Source: a virus
DNA length: 64,000 bases
Strand: one strand, 5' to 3'
IMG/VR virus record: IMGVR_UViG_3300027710_001279
Span: 1 to 64,000 of that record
Positions 8,616 through 17,749 of this stretch are shown piece after piece. A program made the position numbers and the translations under genes. Every line of letters starts with the position of its first letter. Position 1 is the first letter of the stretch. The notes beneath the pieces were generated by a model. It ran no database searches. It worked only from the letters and a program-made list of their open reading frames with translations, and was not told where the DNA came from.

Positions 8616-10499
8616 ATGAGTAGAGTAATCGGTATCGATTTAGGTACAACAAATTCGTGTGTAGCAGTCATTGAAAATGGTGTTACAAAAGTTATTGAGA
8701 ATTCAGAAGGCGCACGTACTACACCTAGTATTGTTGCTTATGCTAACGATGAGATCCTTGTAGGAGCCTCGGCAAAACGTCAAGCAGTTACAAACCCCAA
8801 AAACACAATTTACGCAAGTAAGCGTTTAATCGGACGTAAGTTCACAGAAGAAGCTGTACAAAAAGACATCGATTTGATGCCTTATAAAATTGTTCAAGCT
8901 GATAACGGCGATGCTTGGGTACAAGTAAACGAGGACAAACTTGCTCCTCCACAGATCAGCGCAGAAGTCCTGCGTAAAATGAAACAGACCGCAGAGGATT
9001 ATCTAGGACATGAAGTTACACAAGCGGTTATCACAGTTCCTGCATACTTTAACGACAGCCAAAGACAGGCAACTAAGGATGCTGGCAAAATTGCAGGCTT
9101 GGAGGTACTCCGTATTATCAACGAACCAACTGCGGCTGCATTGGCCTATGGTGTTGACAAAGCAGATAAGGCTGATCGCAAGATTGCTGTGTATGATTTG
9201 GGTGGTGGAACATTTGACGTATCAATCATTGAGATTGCCAACGTTGACGGCGATAAACAAATTGAAGTGTTGTCCACTAATGGTGACACATTCTTAGGTG
9301 GTGAAGACTTTGACCAACGTATCATGGATTACTTGGTAGCGGAGTTTAAGAAAGACAATGGAGTTGATCTTACCAAAGACATGTTGGCCCTACAACGTCT
9401 TAAAGAAGCCGCTGAAAAGGCCAAGATTGAATTGTCAAGTTCTGCACAGACAGATGTTAACTTGCCTTACATCACAGCAGACGCCAGTGGTCCTAAGCAT
9501 ATGAATGTTAAGATCACTCGTGCTAAACTTGAGCAGTTAGTTGACGAGCTAATTCAACGTAGTATTGCCCCATGTAAAACTGCCATGTCAGATGCAGGTG
9601 TCACTGCTGGCGACATTGACGAAGTTATTCTAGTTGGTGGTATGACACGTATGCCTAAGGTTGCTGAAACAGTTGAGAAGTTGTTTGGCAAGGCACCACG
9701 TAAGGATGTTAACCCAGATGAAGCAGTGGCCGCTGGTGCTGCCATTCAAGGTGATGTGCTAGGTGGTGGACGCACAGACGTTCTATTGCTAGATGTTACA
9801 CCATTGAGCTTGGGTATTGAGACTATGGGTGGTGTAATGACTAAGTTGATTCAAAAGAATACAACTATTCCTACTAAGGCAAGTCAAACATTCTCTACAG
9901 CTGAAGACAATCAACCTGCTGTAACTGTCAAGGCATTCCAAGGTGAGCGTGAGTTCGTTCAATATAACAAGCTGTTAGGTGACTTTAACCTCGAAGGCAT
10001 TCCTCCAGCACGTCGTGGTACTCCTCAAATTGAGATTACCTTTGATATTGATGCAAACGGTATTATGCACGTTAGCGCCAAAGATAAGAACACAGGCAAA
10101 GAAAACAAGATCACTATCAAATCTAGCAGTGGTTTAAGCGAAGCTGAAATCCAAGACATGATCAAGGACGCAGAACTTAACGCTGAAGAAGATAAGAAAA
10201 AGCGTGAACTTGTTGAAGCACGTAACGGTGCTGAAAATGCCATTTACTCTATCAAAGAGGACAAAGAAAAATACATCGACCTAGTTACTGCCGAAGAAAA
10301 GGCCAATCTTGAAGATGCTATTAAGGCCGTAGAAGATGCATCCAAGGGAGATGATCCTAAGGTTATTCAAGATCTTGTGCAGGCAATGTTTAAGGCCATG
10401 GGTCCTTTGATGACAAAGAAACAACAAGAAGACGAGAAGGCCAAAGATAAACCTGCGGACGACAATGTTGTTGACGCAGAAGTAAAAGAGGCTGTATAA
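8616..10499 (+). CDS. dnaK: Molecular chaperone DnaK (Hsp70)
   Basis: [32 protein letters not shown]; full length, 627 aa. Confidence 0.98.
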   Translation: MSRVIGIDLGTTNSCVAVIENGVTKVIENSEGARTTPSIVAYANDEILVGASAKRQAVTNPKNTIYASKRLIGRKFTEEAVQKDIDLMPYKIVQADNGDAWVQVNEDKLAPPQISAEVLRKMKQTAEDYLGHEVTQAVITVPAYFNDSQRQATKDAGKIAGLEVLRIINEPTAAALAYGVDKADKADRKIAVYDLGGGTFDVSIIEIANVDGDKQIEVLSTNGDTFLGGEDFDQRIMDYLVAEFKKDNGVDLTKDMLALQRLKEAAEKAKIELSSSAQTDVNLPYITADASGPKHMNVKITRAKLEQLVDELIQRSIAPCKTAMSDAGVTAGDIDEVILVGGMTRMPKVAETVEKLFGKAPRKDVNPDEAVAAGAAIQGDVLGGGRTDVLLLDVTPLSLGIETMGGVMTKLIQKNTTIPTKASQTFSTAEDNQPAVTVKAFQGEREFVQYNKLLGDFNLEGIPPARRGTPQIEITFDIDANGIMHVSAKDKNTGKENKITIKSSSGLSEAEIQDMIKDAELNAEEDKKKRELVEARNGAENAIYSIKEDKEKYIDLVTAEEKANLEDAIKAVEDASKGDDPKVIQDLVQAMFKAMGPLMTKKQQEDEKAKDKPADDNVVDAEVKEAV

Positions 10500-10503
10500 T
10501 TGT

Positions 10504-10583
10504 TATAAATAAAATTGTAGGACACCTAAATGGGTCCTACAGTTGGGCATAGCGCCCAAATGATTCTTACTTATTAAAGGAGA
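10504..10583 (+). promoter_or_regulatory. TATAAATA promoter and structured 5' UTR of hsp20 (RNA-thermometer-like)
   Basis: TATAAATA 10504-10511; hairpins 10513-10544 and TGGGC-ATAGC-GCCCA; TTCTTACTT/AAGGAGAA SD hairpin. Confidence 0.6.
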
Positions 10584-10588
10584 AAATT

Positions 10589-11023
10589 ATGAATCAATTA
10601 GTACGTTTCGACACCAATGCTCTAAACAGAGCTCTAGTAGGATTTGACACAATGTTCGACAACTTCGAACAACGTCTTGCAAGTCAAATCAACAACTCAT
10701 ATCCACCATACAACATTCTAAAACACGATGACAATTCTTACGAATTGGAAATTGCTGTCACTGGTTTTACACCAGAAGAAGTTGTAGTTGAGCTTGATCA
10801 AAATCAGCTTGTAGTCACAGGCAAACGTAGTCGTGATGAAGACACTGAAACACAGTATCTACATCGTGGACTAGCAACTCGTGATTTTACACGCAGTTGG
10901 ACATTAGCTGAACACATGGAAGTAGGGGAAGGCCGTATTAAAAACGGTGTTCTTACTATTGCTTTAACTCGTGTTGTTCCAGAAGCTCTTAAACCAAGAG
11001 TTTTGAAGATCAAAGCTGAGTAA
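10589..11023 (+). CDS. Small heat-shock protein Hsp20 (IbpA-like)
   Basis: YPPYNI, YLHRGLATRDF, NGVLTI alpha-crystallin motifs. Confidence 0.93.
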   Translation: MNQLVRFDTNALNRALVGFDTMFDNFEQRLASQINNSYPPYNILKHDDNSYELEIAVTGFTPEEVVVELDQNQLVVTGKRSRDEDTETQYLHRGLATRDFTRSWTLAEHMEVGEGRIKNGVLTIALTRVVPEALKPRVLKIKAE

Positions 11024-11029
11024 TCCTAC

Positions 11030-11049
11030 GGGGGCTCCGGCCCCCTTTT
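11030..11049 (+). terminator. Intrinsic terminator after hsp20
   Basis: GGGGGC-TCCG-GCCCCC-TTTT. Confidence 0.8.
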
Positions 11050-11074
11050 GTTAAACCCGTTATTAAATACAATC

Positions 11075-11380
11075 ATGGCAACAGATACAATCATTGAAAA
11101 GAAATCCAAAGTTACCGACACTATTAAAGCGCCTGGTAAATTTAAAGTTGTCGTCTGCAATGACGATGTAACTCCCGTTGAATTTGTAATATCCATGCTG
11201 GTCATGGTATTCCGACACACTGAAAAATCTGCACTAGAACTAACACTGAAAATCCATAACAGTGGTAGTGCTGTTGCTGGTATTTTTAGCTACGAAGTTG
11301 CAGAGCAAAAAGCACTTGATGCAACCAATCTTGCTAGGGCCAACGGTTATCCTCTGATAATTAAAGTAGAACCAGAATGA
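11075..11380 (+). CDS. clpS: Clp protease adaptor ClpS
   Basis: KVVVCNDDVTPVEFV..IHNSGSAVAG..EVAEQKA..GYPL. Confidence 0.9.
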   Translation: MATDTIIEKKSKVTDTIKAPGKFKVVVCNDDVTPVEFVISMLVMVFRHTEKSALELTLKIHNSGSAVAGIFSYEVAEQKALDATNLARANGYPLIIKVEPE

Positions 11381-11388
11381 GGAACTAA

Positions 11389-11925
11389 ATGAGCTTAAAA
11401 GATTTAACCAGTGCTAAACACACAGAGGCTGAATCTACTCCGTTTATGAAGGCAGTGTTTGCAAAAACCCTGCCTTTTGATTTGTGGGTAGATTGGACAT
11501 ATCAAAAGTGGCTATTCTACGGAGCCATTGAAGGCGCCGCAGGTGCTAATAGACTGTTAGGAGATTTGCCAGACATTCGCAGGGCATTTTATTTGTTCAT
11601 GGATTATAATGAGATGAACACTGACCGTAAAAAACACGAGTTTCGTCCCATTGTCGTTGACTACTACAATTATCTAATTTCTATTGCCAAAGATCCTAAC
11701 AAGGTTATGGCTCATTTGTATACCTGGCACATGGGTGATATGTTTGGCGGCCAAATGATCAAGAAGATTGTTCCAGGCGCACATCGTAACTTAGAGTTTG
11801 AAGATGCTCGAACACTAATGACCAACATACGCAATAAACTAGACGACAGTATGGGTGAAGAGGCTAACATAGCCTTTGACTGGGCCATACGAATGATGAG
11901 GGATTATGACAGTAGTTTGGGATAA
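11389..11925 (+). CDS. Heme oxygenase (phage HemO-like)
   Basis: LKDLT..KH..AE proximal His; AHLYTWHMGDMFGGQMI. Confidence 0.88.
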   Translation: MSLKDLTSAKHTEAESTPFMKAVFAKTLPFDLWVDWTYQKWLFYGAIEGAAGANRLLGDLPDIRRAFYLFMDYNEMNTDRKKHEFRPIVVDYYNYLISIAKDPNKVMAHLYTWHMGDMFGGQMIKKIVPGAHRNLEFEDARTLMTNIRNKLDDSMGEEANIAFDWAIRMMRDYDSSLG

Positions 11926-12577
11926 GATCAGTAAGTTAGCCGCAGACATTACAGACAAGTTTAATGCTACCGGAGAAAAAGCTCAAGGATCGTTAGAAGA
12001 ACAATACGGCTGGCATAACACCCTTTGGTCCAGCAACAGCTATCGCAGAGCTCACGTTGAAATTGTAGACTTCCGTGAAACTTATAAGATATATATTTTA
12101 CACGTTACAGTATTTCCACACTTTAACGACCCTAGTCCTATCTACGGATTTGATGCCGTATGTGGACCTAACAAAATAACAGGTGCGTTCCACGATTTTA
12201 GCCATGCTGGCGACCCTCAAAGTTTTATGTATCTTTGGTTCAAAGCCCGGGTCAACGGACTAGAATGGAATAAACCTAGACAACTACCCGAATGGGCGCA
12301 ACAGATCTTTAGTCCTGCTATGGTAGCCGCAGGCAATCTACAGGATGAATCTGAAATAGATCAACTATGTGCTACTGCATTAACTACTCTAGATTTCTAT
12401 CTAAAAAATGTAGGCAAAGAGCAACAAGATGTAGCTGATTATCACATGGCTCAAAATCGTTATTGCCACTATCAAAAGCAGAATCCGCACGTAGTTAACA
12501 GTATGATTAGCATGGGCGTACCTGAGCCCAAAATGAAGCAGTTTGTGAGAGAAATTCTATTCCCTGAATTTCACTAA
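11906..12577 (+). CDS. Ferredoxin-dependent bilin reductase (PcyA/PcyX-like)
   Basis: RRAHVE, LHVTVFP..PIYGFD, GAFHDFS, QNRYCHYQKQNPH; overlaps the heme oxygenase gene. Confidence 0.85.
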   Translation: MTVVWDKISKLAADITDKFNATGEKAQGSLEEQYGWHNTLWSSNSYRRAHVEIVDFRETYKIYILHVTVFPHFNDPSPIYGFDAVCGPNKITGAFHDFSHAGDPQSFMYLWFKARVNGLEWNKPRQLPEWAQQIFSPAMVAAGNLQDESEIDQLCATALTTLDFYLKNVGKEQQDVADYHMAQNRYCHYQKQNPHVVNSMISMGVPEPKMKQFVREILFPEFH

Positions 12578-12587
12578 ATACTGAACT

Positions 12588-13709
12588 ATGAGATCACGTG
12601 AATTTTTAATCGAAAAAGCCCCAACGCCCACTCCGGGGATGAAAAACAAAAATGCCGGACTTGCGGCCAGCAAGGTTCCAATGGGTCAGCCACCGGAAGT
12701 TGAACCTATACTTAAAAAGTTAGGTTACAAGGAAATTAAAAAAGCAGGCAATTTCCTTATTGTAGTTGTAGAGATTCCTCCTAAGAGTAAAAATATGGAA
12801 TTCCGTGTCGAGGTGATGAAAAAAATAGCGGCAGGGTTACAGGCTACGTTCCCGGGAACTATATATAATCCTATACAAAGCACTAAAAGCTCTATTGGAT
12901 TTGTAGAAATTCCAAACAATCCTATTAAAGTTCTTGTTAAAGATTTTAAAAAACAAGGCACAAAACGTGCCGGTGTTGCCAATGAACATCAACTAGTTGC
13001 GTTAATCCAAGAACAGATACAAGCATACGGTAAAGTTGACGTATTTTTCCAAGATGATAGAGGTAGAAGATTAGAAGTACCTGACGTTATTAATATTGTA
13101 GCAAGTGGCACAGATACCAAAGACCGAAAGAAAGCTGACGTTGTGTTACATAGTGCTTTATCAAAAGTTCCTGTATCTATTAAACAAGAAAATGCAGAAG
13201 TTTGGGAAAGTGCAGATACTTTATTTGGTGCCAGAGCAAGAAAGATCATTGATAAATTAAAGAAAGATGGACTTGTTAACTTAAATCAAATTAATCAAAT
13301 TCAGGTCAAAGGACAGTTACTACCTGTTTATAAACTAGACAAAGAAATTGTTGTTCAGCCTACTTCGCAAGATGCTATGCAGGCAGTGTTTGGCTCAGAT
13401 TTAAACCCAGAAGGCGGTATCATTGTACAAGATTTTCAACCTCACCACTTTGTGCAGTATGATGACACTATTATCATAGACTGTTATGCTGTAATCAAAA
13501 CTCAAGAAGATATTCCAGAATCTCATTTAATGTACTTTTTGATTAAAAACATGCCCGGAAGAGCTAGTTTAGGCTATTACGGTTTAGGTACTCAGGCAGT
13601 TACTATGTCTAGAGCATTTGGTAAACAACTAACTAAAACTCCAATTTTTGTAGATCAAGCAGGTAATACGGTCCCGGCTCCAAAACCACGAAATCCAGCG
13701 GTTGAATAA
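12588..13709 (+). CDS. Hypothetical protein, possible PD-(D/E)xK nuclease fold and capsid-targeting-like N-terminus
   Basis: Starts MRSREFLIE; NEH..KADVVL..VSIK pattern. Confidence 0.5.
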   Translation: MRSREFLIEKAPTPTPGMKNKNAGLAASKVPMGQPPEVEPILKKLGYKEIKKAGNFLIVVVEIPPKSKNMEFRVEVMKKIAAGLQATFPGTIYNPIQSTKSSIGFVEIPNNPIKVLVKDFKKQGTKRAGVANEHQLVALIQEQIQAYGKVDVFFQDDRGRRLEVPDVINIVASGTDTKDRKKADVVLHSALSKVPVSIKQENAEVWESADTLFGARARKIIDKLKKDGLVNLNQINQIQVKGQLLPVYKLDKEIVVQPTSQDAMQAVFGSDLNPEGGIIVQDFQPHHFVQYDDTIIIDCYAVIKTQEDIPESHLMYFLIKNMPGRASLGYYGLGTQAVTMSRAFGKQLTKTPIFVDQAGNTVPAPKPRNPAVE

Positions 13710-13775
13710 ATTTCCCCGATCTTTTTCTAGACTTAAATAAGTCTACAGAGTTAAATACTCTTATATAGGAAAGAT

Positions 13776-14147
13776 ATGGAAATACTGTTTTTGCTGTTAT
13801 TATTCCAAATCAAGCATTGGTATGCTGATTTTAAAATTCAAACCTACATGCAGACAGTTAAGAAAGGCGTGTGGCTAGACCCAGTTGGCATGAGCCACAC
13901 TGCCGACCATATTTGGACCACGCTGGTCTGTTTATTTGTATTCAATTTCATTCATCCTATTCCAGCACTTACTATCATTGTAGTAGCATTATTAGAAGGC
14001 CTCTATCATTATATGATAGACTACACCAAAGTAAAATACGGTTGTAAAGACAACACTAAACCTTTGTTCTGGAACCAATTTGGTCTAGATCAACTAGCAC
14101 ATCAAACATCTTATCTTGTCATTGCTTGGTATTTGCTGATTCTTTAA
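13776..14147 (+). CDS. DUF3307 family membrane protein
   Basis: KHWYADF, HYMIDYTK, GLDQLAH. Confidence 0.8.
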   Translation: MEILFLLLLFQIKHWYADFKIQTYMQTVKKGVWLDPVGMSHTADHIWTTLVCLFVFNFIHPIPALTIIVVALLEGLYHYMIDYTKVKYGCKDNTKPLFWNQFGLDQLAHQTSYLVIAWYLLIL

Positions 14148-14214
14148 CTTATCTGTATAGTTAATTTCTCTAAAATAGCCCGTAAATACTACGAAGGTTA
14201 TTTCGGAGGAATCA

Positions 14215-14694
14215 ATGAAAAACACTTTAATCGCCGTAGGGCTAATGCTAACACTGGCATCAGCACAGGCCGAACTAGTTCACCAATTTAAAAATCCAGC
14301 CTTTAGCGGCATTGGATACAGCAGTCACGTTCTAACAATTGACAGCATTGAAAAGTCACGTCGTGATGCCATTGAGGCAGATAAGAAGTCTGCTATTGCC
14401 AAAGCTGAAGCAGAACTACTAAACACTCCGCTGAATAGATTCATGAGTCTATTCCAAAGTCAAGTATACGCTCAACTTGCTACACAATTAAGCAACAACT
14501 TATTCACAAACAAATGTAGTGCCGCAGATGGTACAGCAATTCCTGGTTGCGTAAATCCAACAACAGGTAATTTTGTATTAGATGGTAACACAGTTACCTG
14601 GGTCAAGGCCAATGACAAAGTTACACTAACAGTGGTAGATGCCAAAGGCAATAGAACCACTGTTGTAGTGCCGATTGCTAGTTTTAGTTTTTAA
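14215..14694 (+). CDS. csgF: Curli assembly protein CsgF-like
   Basis: Signal peptide, then ELVHQFKNPAFSG; directly upstream of csgG. Confidence 0.8.
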   Translation: MKNTLIAVGLMLTLASAQAELVHQFKNPAFSGIGYSSHVLTIDSIEKSRRDAIEADKKSAIAKAEAELLNTPLNRFMSLFQSQVYAQLATQLSNNLFTNKCSAADGTAIPGCVNPTTGNFVLDGNTVTWVKANDKVTLTVVDAKGNRTTVVVPIASFSF

Positions 14695-14704
14695 GGAGTA
14701 AAGA

Positions 14705-15643
14705 ATGAACGCAATTAAATTATCCTTAATAACACTAGCCGTAGTAGCCCTGGCAGGTTGCTCAACAGTTCGTCCATGGGGCAGCACACAGATCAAAGAA
14801 GAAGCTACGGTCAGCGAAACAATTAACAAAAGCTTCAATAATGTTCCAAGTCCAGCAGGACCGGCAGTGACAGTGGCAGTATACGGTTTCAAAGACATGA
14901 CTGGACAGCGTAAGCCAAGCTCAACACTGAGCTTATTCTCTACAGCAGTTACACAAGGTGCCGAAGCGTACCTAATTAAAAGTTTACAAGAAGTTGGCAA
15001 TCGTCAATGGTTCACAGTTGTTGAGCGTGTTGGCCTAGACAACTTGTTGAAAGAGCGTCAGATGATCAAACAGACTCGTGAGATCTATGAAGGCGCAAAT
15101 GCCAAACCTTTACCTCCACTACAGATGGCGGGTGTTATTCTTGAAGGCGGCATTATTGATTATAACTCTAATACACTAACAGGCGGCACAGGTGCTCGTT
15201 GGTTGGGTATTGGAACACAAACAGCCTACACTCAAGACGTGGTTGTGATCAGTTTACGTCTGGTGAGTGTTCAAACTGGGGAAGTATTAACTACTGTAAC
15301 AGTGGAAAAGAACTTGCTCAGTACCGCCGATGGCGCTACTGCATTTAAATTCTTTAATCAGGCTACACAGGCATTTGAGTTCGATTCAAGCCAGACATTT
15401 AATGAACCTGGCAACTATGCACTACGTTCAGCAATTGAGACAGGTGTTGTTGAGTTAATTAAGAAAGGCGAACGTAACAGCTTATGGAAATTCAAGGAGA
15501 AACCTAATGAGTTGGTTCAAAAGGAAACCCCACGTGAAGGAGCCGCCAAAACTCCACCCGCACCACAGCAGTCCAATATCGGAAAGCGTGATGAAGGAAG
15601 CAAAGAAAAAAGTAATTGGAGTAGACTCCAATTCTGGAAGTAA
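14705..15643 (+). CDS. csgG: Curli secretion channel CsgG (lipoprotein)
   Basis: Lipobox LAGC; VAVYGFKDMTGQRKP, STAVTQG, WFTVVER.GLDNLLKERQ. Confidence 0.93.
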   Translation: MNAIKLSLITLAVVALAGCSTVRPWGSTQIKEEATVSETINKSFNNVPSPAGPAVTVAVYGFKDMTGQRKPSSTLSLFSTAVTQGAEAYLIKSLQEVGNRQWFTVVERVGLDNLLKERQMIKQTREIYEGANAKPLPPLQMAGVILEGGIIDYNSNTLTGGTGARWLGIGTQTAYTQDVVVISLRLVSVQTGEVLTTVTVEKNLLSTADGATAFKFFNQATQAFEFDSSQTFNEPGNYALRSAIETGVVELIKKGERNSLWKFKEKPNELVQKETPREGAAKTPPAPQQSNIGKRDEGSKEKSNWSRLQFWK

Positions 15644-15659
15644 GAAGAAAAAAGATTAG
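15507..15659 (+). CDS. Putative 50-aa basic protein overlapping the csgG 3' end in another frame
   Basis: SD AAGGAG 15494-15499, ATG 15507; MSWFKRKPHVKEPPKLHPHHSS..KKKKD. Confidence 0.4.
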   Translation: MSWFKRKPHVKEPPKLHPHHSSPISESVMKEAKKKVIGVDSNSGSKKKKD

Positions 15660-15660
15660 G

Positions 15661-15708
15661 TGTTAATTTTTTTACTGTAAATTTTTTTACACTGTTAAAA
15701 AATTAACA
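15661..15708. promoter_or_regulatory. Three tandem 16-bp palindromic operator-like boxes (TGTW-N8-WACA)
   Basis: TGTTAATTTTTTTACT, TGTAAATTTTTTTACA, TGTTAAAAAATTAACA upstream of the curlin gene. Confidence 0.55.
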
Positions 15709-15781
15709 TCGGTGTTTAACTTGTAAGAGAATACATTTAAATATTGTAGGAGGGGACATTATTAAGTCCAAAGGAAACAAA

Positions 15782-16570
15782 ATGAAACAAATATTATTAG
15801 CACTAGCAATATTAACAGCGTTCCCGGCCATGGCCCAAACAGCGGTTACAGCCCCGAGTGCTCCAACAATTCCCGCAATGGCTACAGTTAGCCCTAACGC
15901 AACAGCCGCACTGGCTATTGCCACAACTAACCGTATCTTTATTGATCAAAGTGGTGACAATCCTGATGTCAATATGACACAAGATGGTACTGGTAACAAA
16001 GCAGGGTCAGCTGCTCGTCCAGTATATCTACGTGGTATTGACCAAACAGTTGTTACTCGTCAAATTGGTGTCAACAACGACATCAACTTAGAGTTAGTTA
16101 ATGACACTACTGGCTCTGGCAAAGGCGTAACTGTTACAATTCAACAGATCGGCGACAGCAACATTGTTGATGCAGCCTGCGGTTATGGCACAGCAAGTAC
16201 AGGTGGAACAGCACTGACAGGTTGTAATGCTGCTGACTTAAACTGGAAGTTCACTGGCGACAGCAACGACTTTCAATTCCGTGGCACAGGCGCTGACCTA
16301 AAAAGCGCAGTTGATGTAACAGGCGACAGCAACGTATTCCGTATTGATGCTATTGGTGACAAGCACAGTCAGACTATTAAGGTAGCAGGTGACACTAACA
16401 CATTTAATATCAATCAACGCAGTACAGGTGCCGCAGGTTCTAGCATTTGGGTTGACCTAACTGGTAACAGCAACAGCTTTACAATGAGCCAAACTGGAAC
16501 TATTGATAGCGTTATCAATATCAAGAGTGTATCTAACTCAGGTACATTTAACATCACTCAGAAAAACTAA
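15782..16570 (+). CDS. Curlin-repeat secreted protein (CsgA/CsgB-like)
   Basis: Signal peptide; repeated Q-x-G-x-x-N units (IDQSGDN, TQDGTGN, QQIGDSN). Confidence 0.75.
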   Translation: MKQILLALAILTAFPAMAQTAVTAPSAPTIPAMATVSPNATAALAIATTNRIFIDQSGDNPDVNMTQDGTGNKAGSAARPVYLRGIDQTVVTRQIGVNNDINLELVNDTTGSGKGVTVTIQQIGDSNIVDAACGYGTASTGGTALTGCNAADLNWKFTGDSNDFQFRGTGADLKSAVDVTGDSNVFRIDAIGDKHSQTIKVAGDTNTFNINQRSTGAAGSSIWVDLTGNSNSFTMSQTGTIDSVINIKSVSNSGTFNITQKN

Positions 16571-16579
16571 GGTGGCAAC

Positions 16580-17749
16580 ATGAGAGTTGCCTCTCTTATC
16601 ATTGGCTTGTTAATGGCCGGTACCGCTTGGGCAGACATTGGTTCTGTCACCGAAGCATCTGGTACTGCCATTATCAAGCGTGGTAAAGATACAATTCAAA
16701 TTGTCAAAGGCACTGAAATTAAAACTAATGATAAGGTTGAGACTAAGAATGGTAAAGTTAAGATCGTTTTTAAAGACGATACAAATGTTACTGTTACTGA
16801 GTCGAGTAGCCTTGTTATTGACGACTTTGTATATGATCCTAAAAGCGGCGCGGGCAAGCTAGGACTCAAAGCTGCCGCAGGAACAGTTCGATATGTATCA
16901 GGTAGCATTGCCAAAGATCCTAAGAATGTAAAAATCAACACACCTACTGCGGCCATTGCTGTTCGTGGAACAGACTTTGTTATGGCTGTTAGTGAAACAG
17001 GTAGCAGTATGATCATGTTGATGCCAACTTGTGAAATAGAACAGAATGTAAACCTTAAAGGACTAACCTGCGGTAGTGGTGCTATTGATGTAGAAACCCC
17101 AGCAGGCATTGTTAAACTAAATCGTCCATATCAAGCTACACTAGTTGAAACACTAAACGGCATGCCTAGTCCTGCTGTTATTGTTGCTCTTAATGGTATG
17201 GCCATTGGCAACAACCTAATGGTTAATCCTCCACGCACAACTACAGGTATGAATGTCATACAGGCTGCTCGTGCTGCTGCTGAAAAAACAGGCGATGCCA
17301 AGAAAGACGACAAAGATAAAAAAGACGACAAAGATGATGCCAAAGATCAAGAGAAGCAAGCAGTAGCCAGCAAAGGCGAAAAAGGCAGCGGAAACAGATC
17401 TTACAAGCAAGGTCGTAGTGCCAACGAAGGCGACGAAGACACTGCTAATGGAACTAAAGTTGGTGTAGATGTAAACACTAACAAAGATGCGCTGTCTAAT
17501 GATGTAGCAGCAGTAGGAGACACTGAAAATCCCTACGTTAAAAAGTTATTCAAAGATAAAAGTGAAACACAGCAAGTTGGTTGGTTATATGAAAGTCTAA
17601 GTCCTAACAGTCGTAACTATGCTAACGTTGTTATGCCAATGAATACACAGGTTCAAGTTACAGTAACACAAGACATGCAGACTAACCAATGGAACTTTGC
17701 TCCAGGTAAGCCACAAGGACAGATTGTTATCAATCAGAACTTCAGATGA
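16580..17749 (+). CDS. FecR-domain periplasmic protein
   Basis: Signal peptide; DKVET..GKVKIVFKDDT..TPTAAIAVRGTDF. Confidence 0.85.
   Translation: MRVASLIIGLLMAGTAWADIGSVTEASGTAIIKRGKDTIQIVKGTEIKTNDKVETKNGKVKIVFKDDTNVTVTESSSLVIDDFVYDPKSGAGKLGLKAAAGTVRYVSGSIAKDPKNVKINTPTAAIAVRGTDFVMAVSETGSSMIMLMPTCEIEQNVNLKGLTCGSGAIDVETPAGIVKLNRPYQATLVETLNGMPSPAVIVALNGMAIGNNLMVNPPRTTTGMNVIQAARAAAEKTGDAKKDDKDKKDDKDDAKDQEKQAVASKGEKGSGNRSYKQGRSANEGDEDTANGTKVGVDVNTNKDALSNDVAAVGDTENPYVKKLFKDKSETQQVGWLYESLSPNSRNYANVVMPMNTQVQVTVTQDMQTNQWNFAPGKPQGQIVINQNFR

Noticed and set aside
9010-10243. Alternative-frame and antisense ORFs inside dnaK (and similar ones inside the csg, FecR, rfbH and rmlB genes)
   Set aside because: Shadow ORFs of strongly coding genes, with no SD or recognisable motifs.
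17290-17350. Tandem repeat AAAGA(C/T)GAC in the FecR gene
   Set aside because: It simply encodes a low-complexity Lys/Asp linker.
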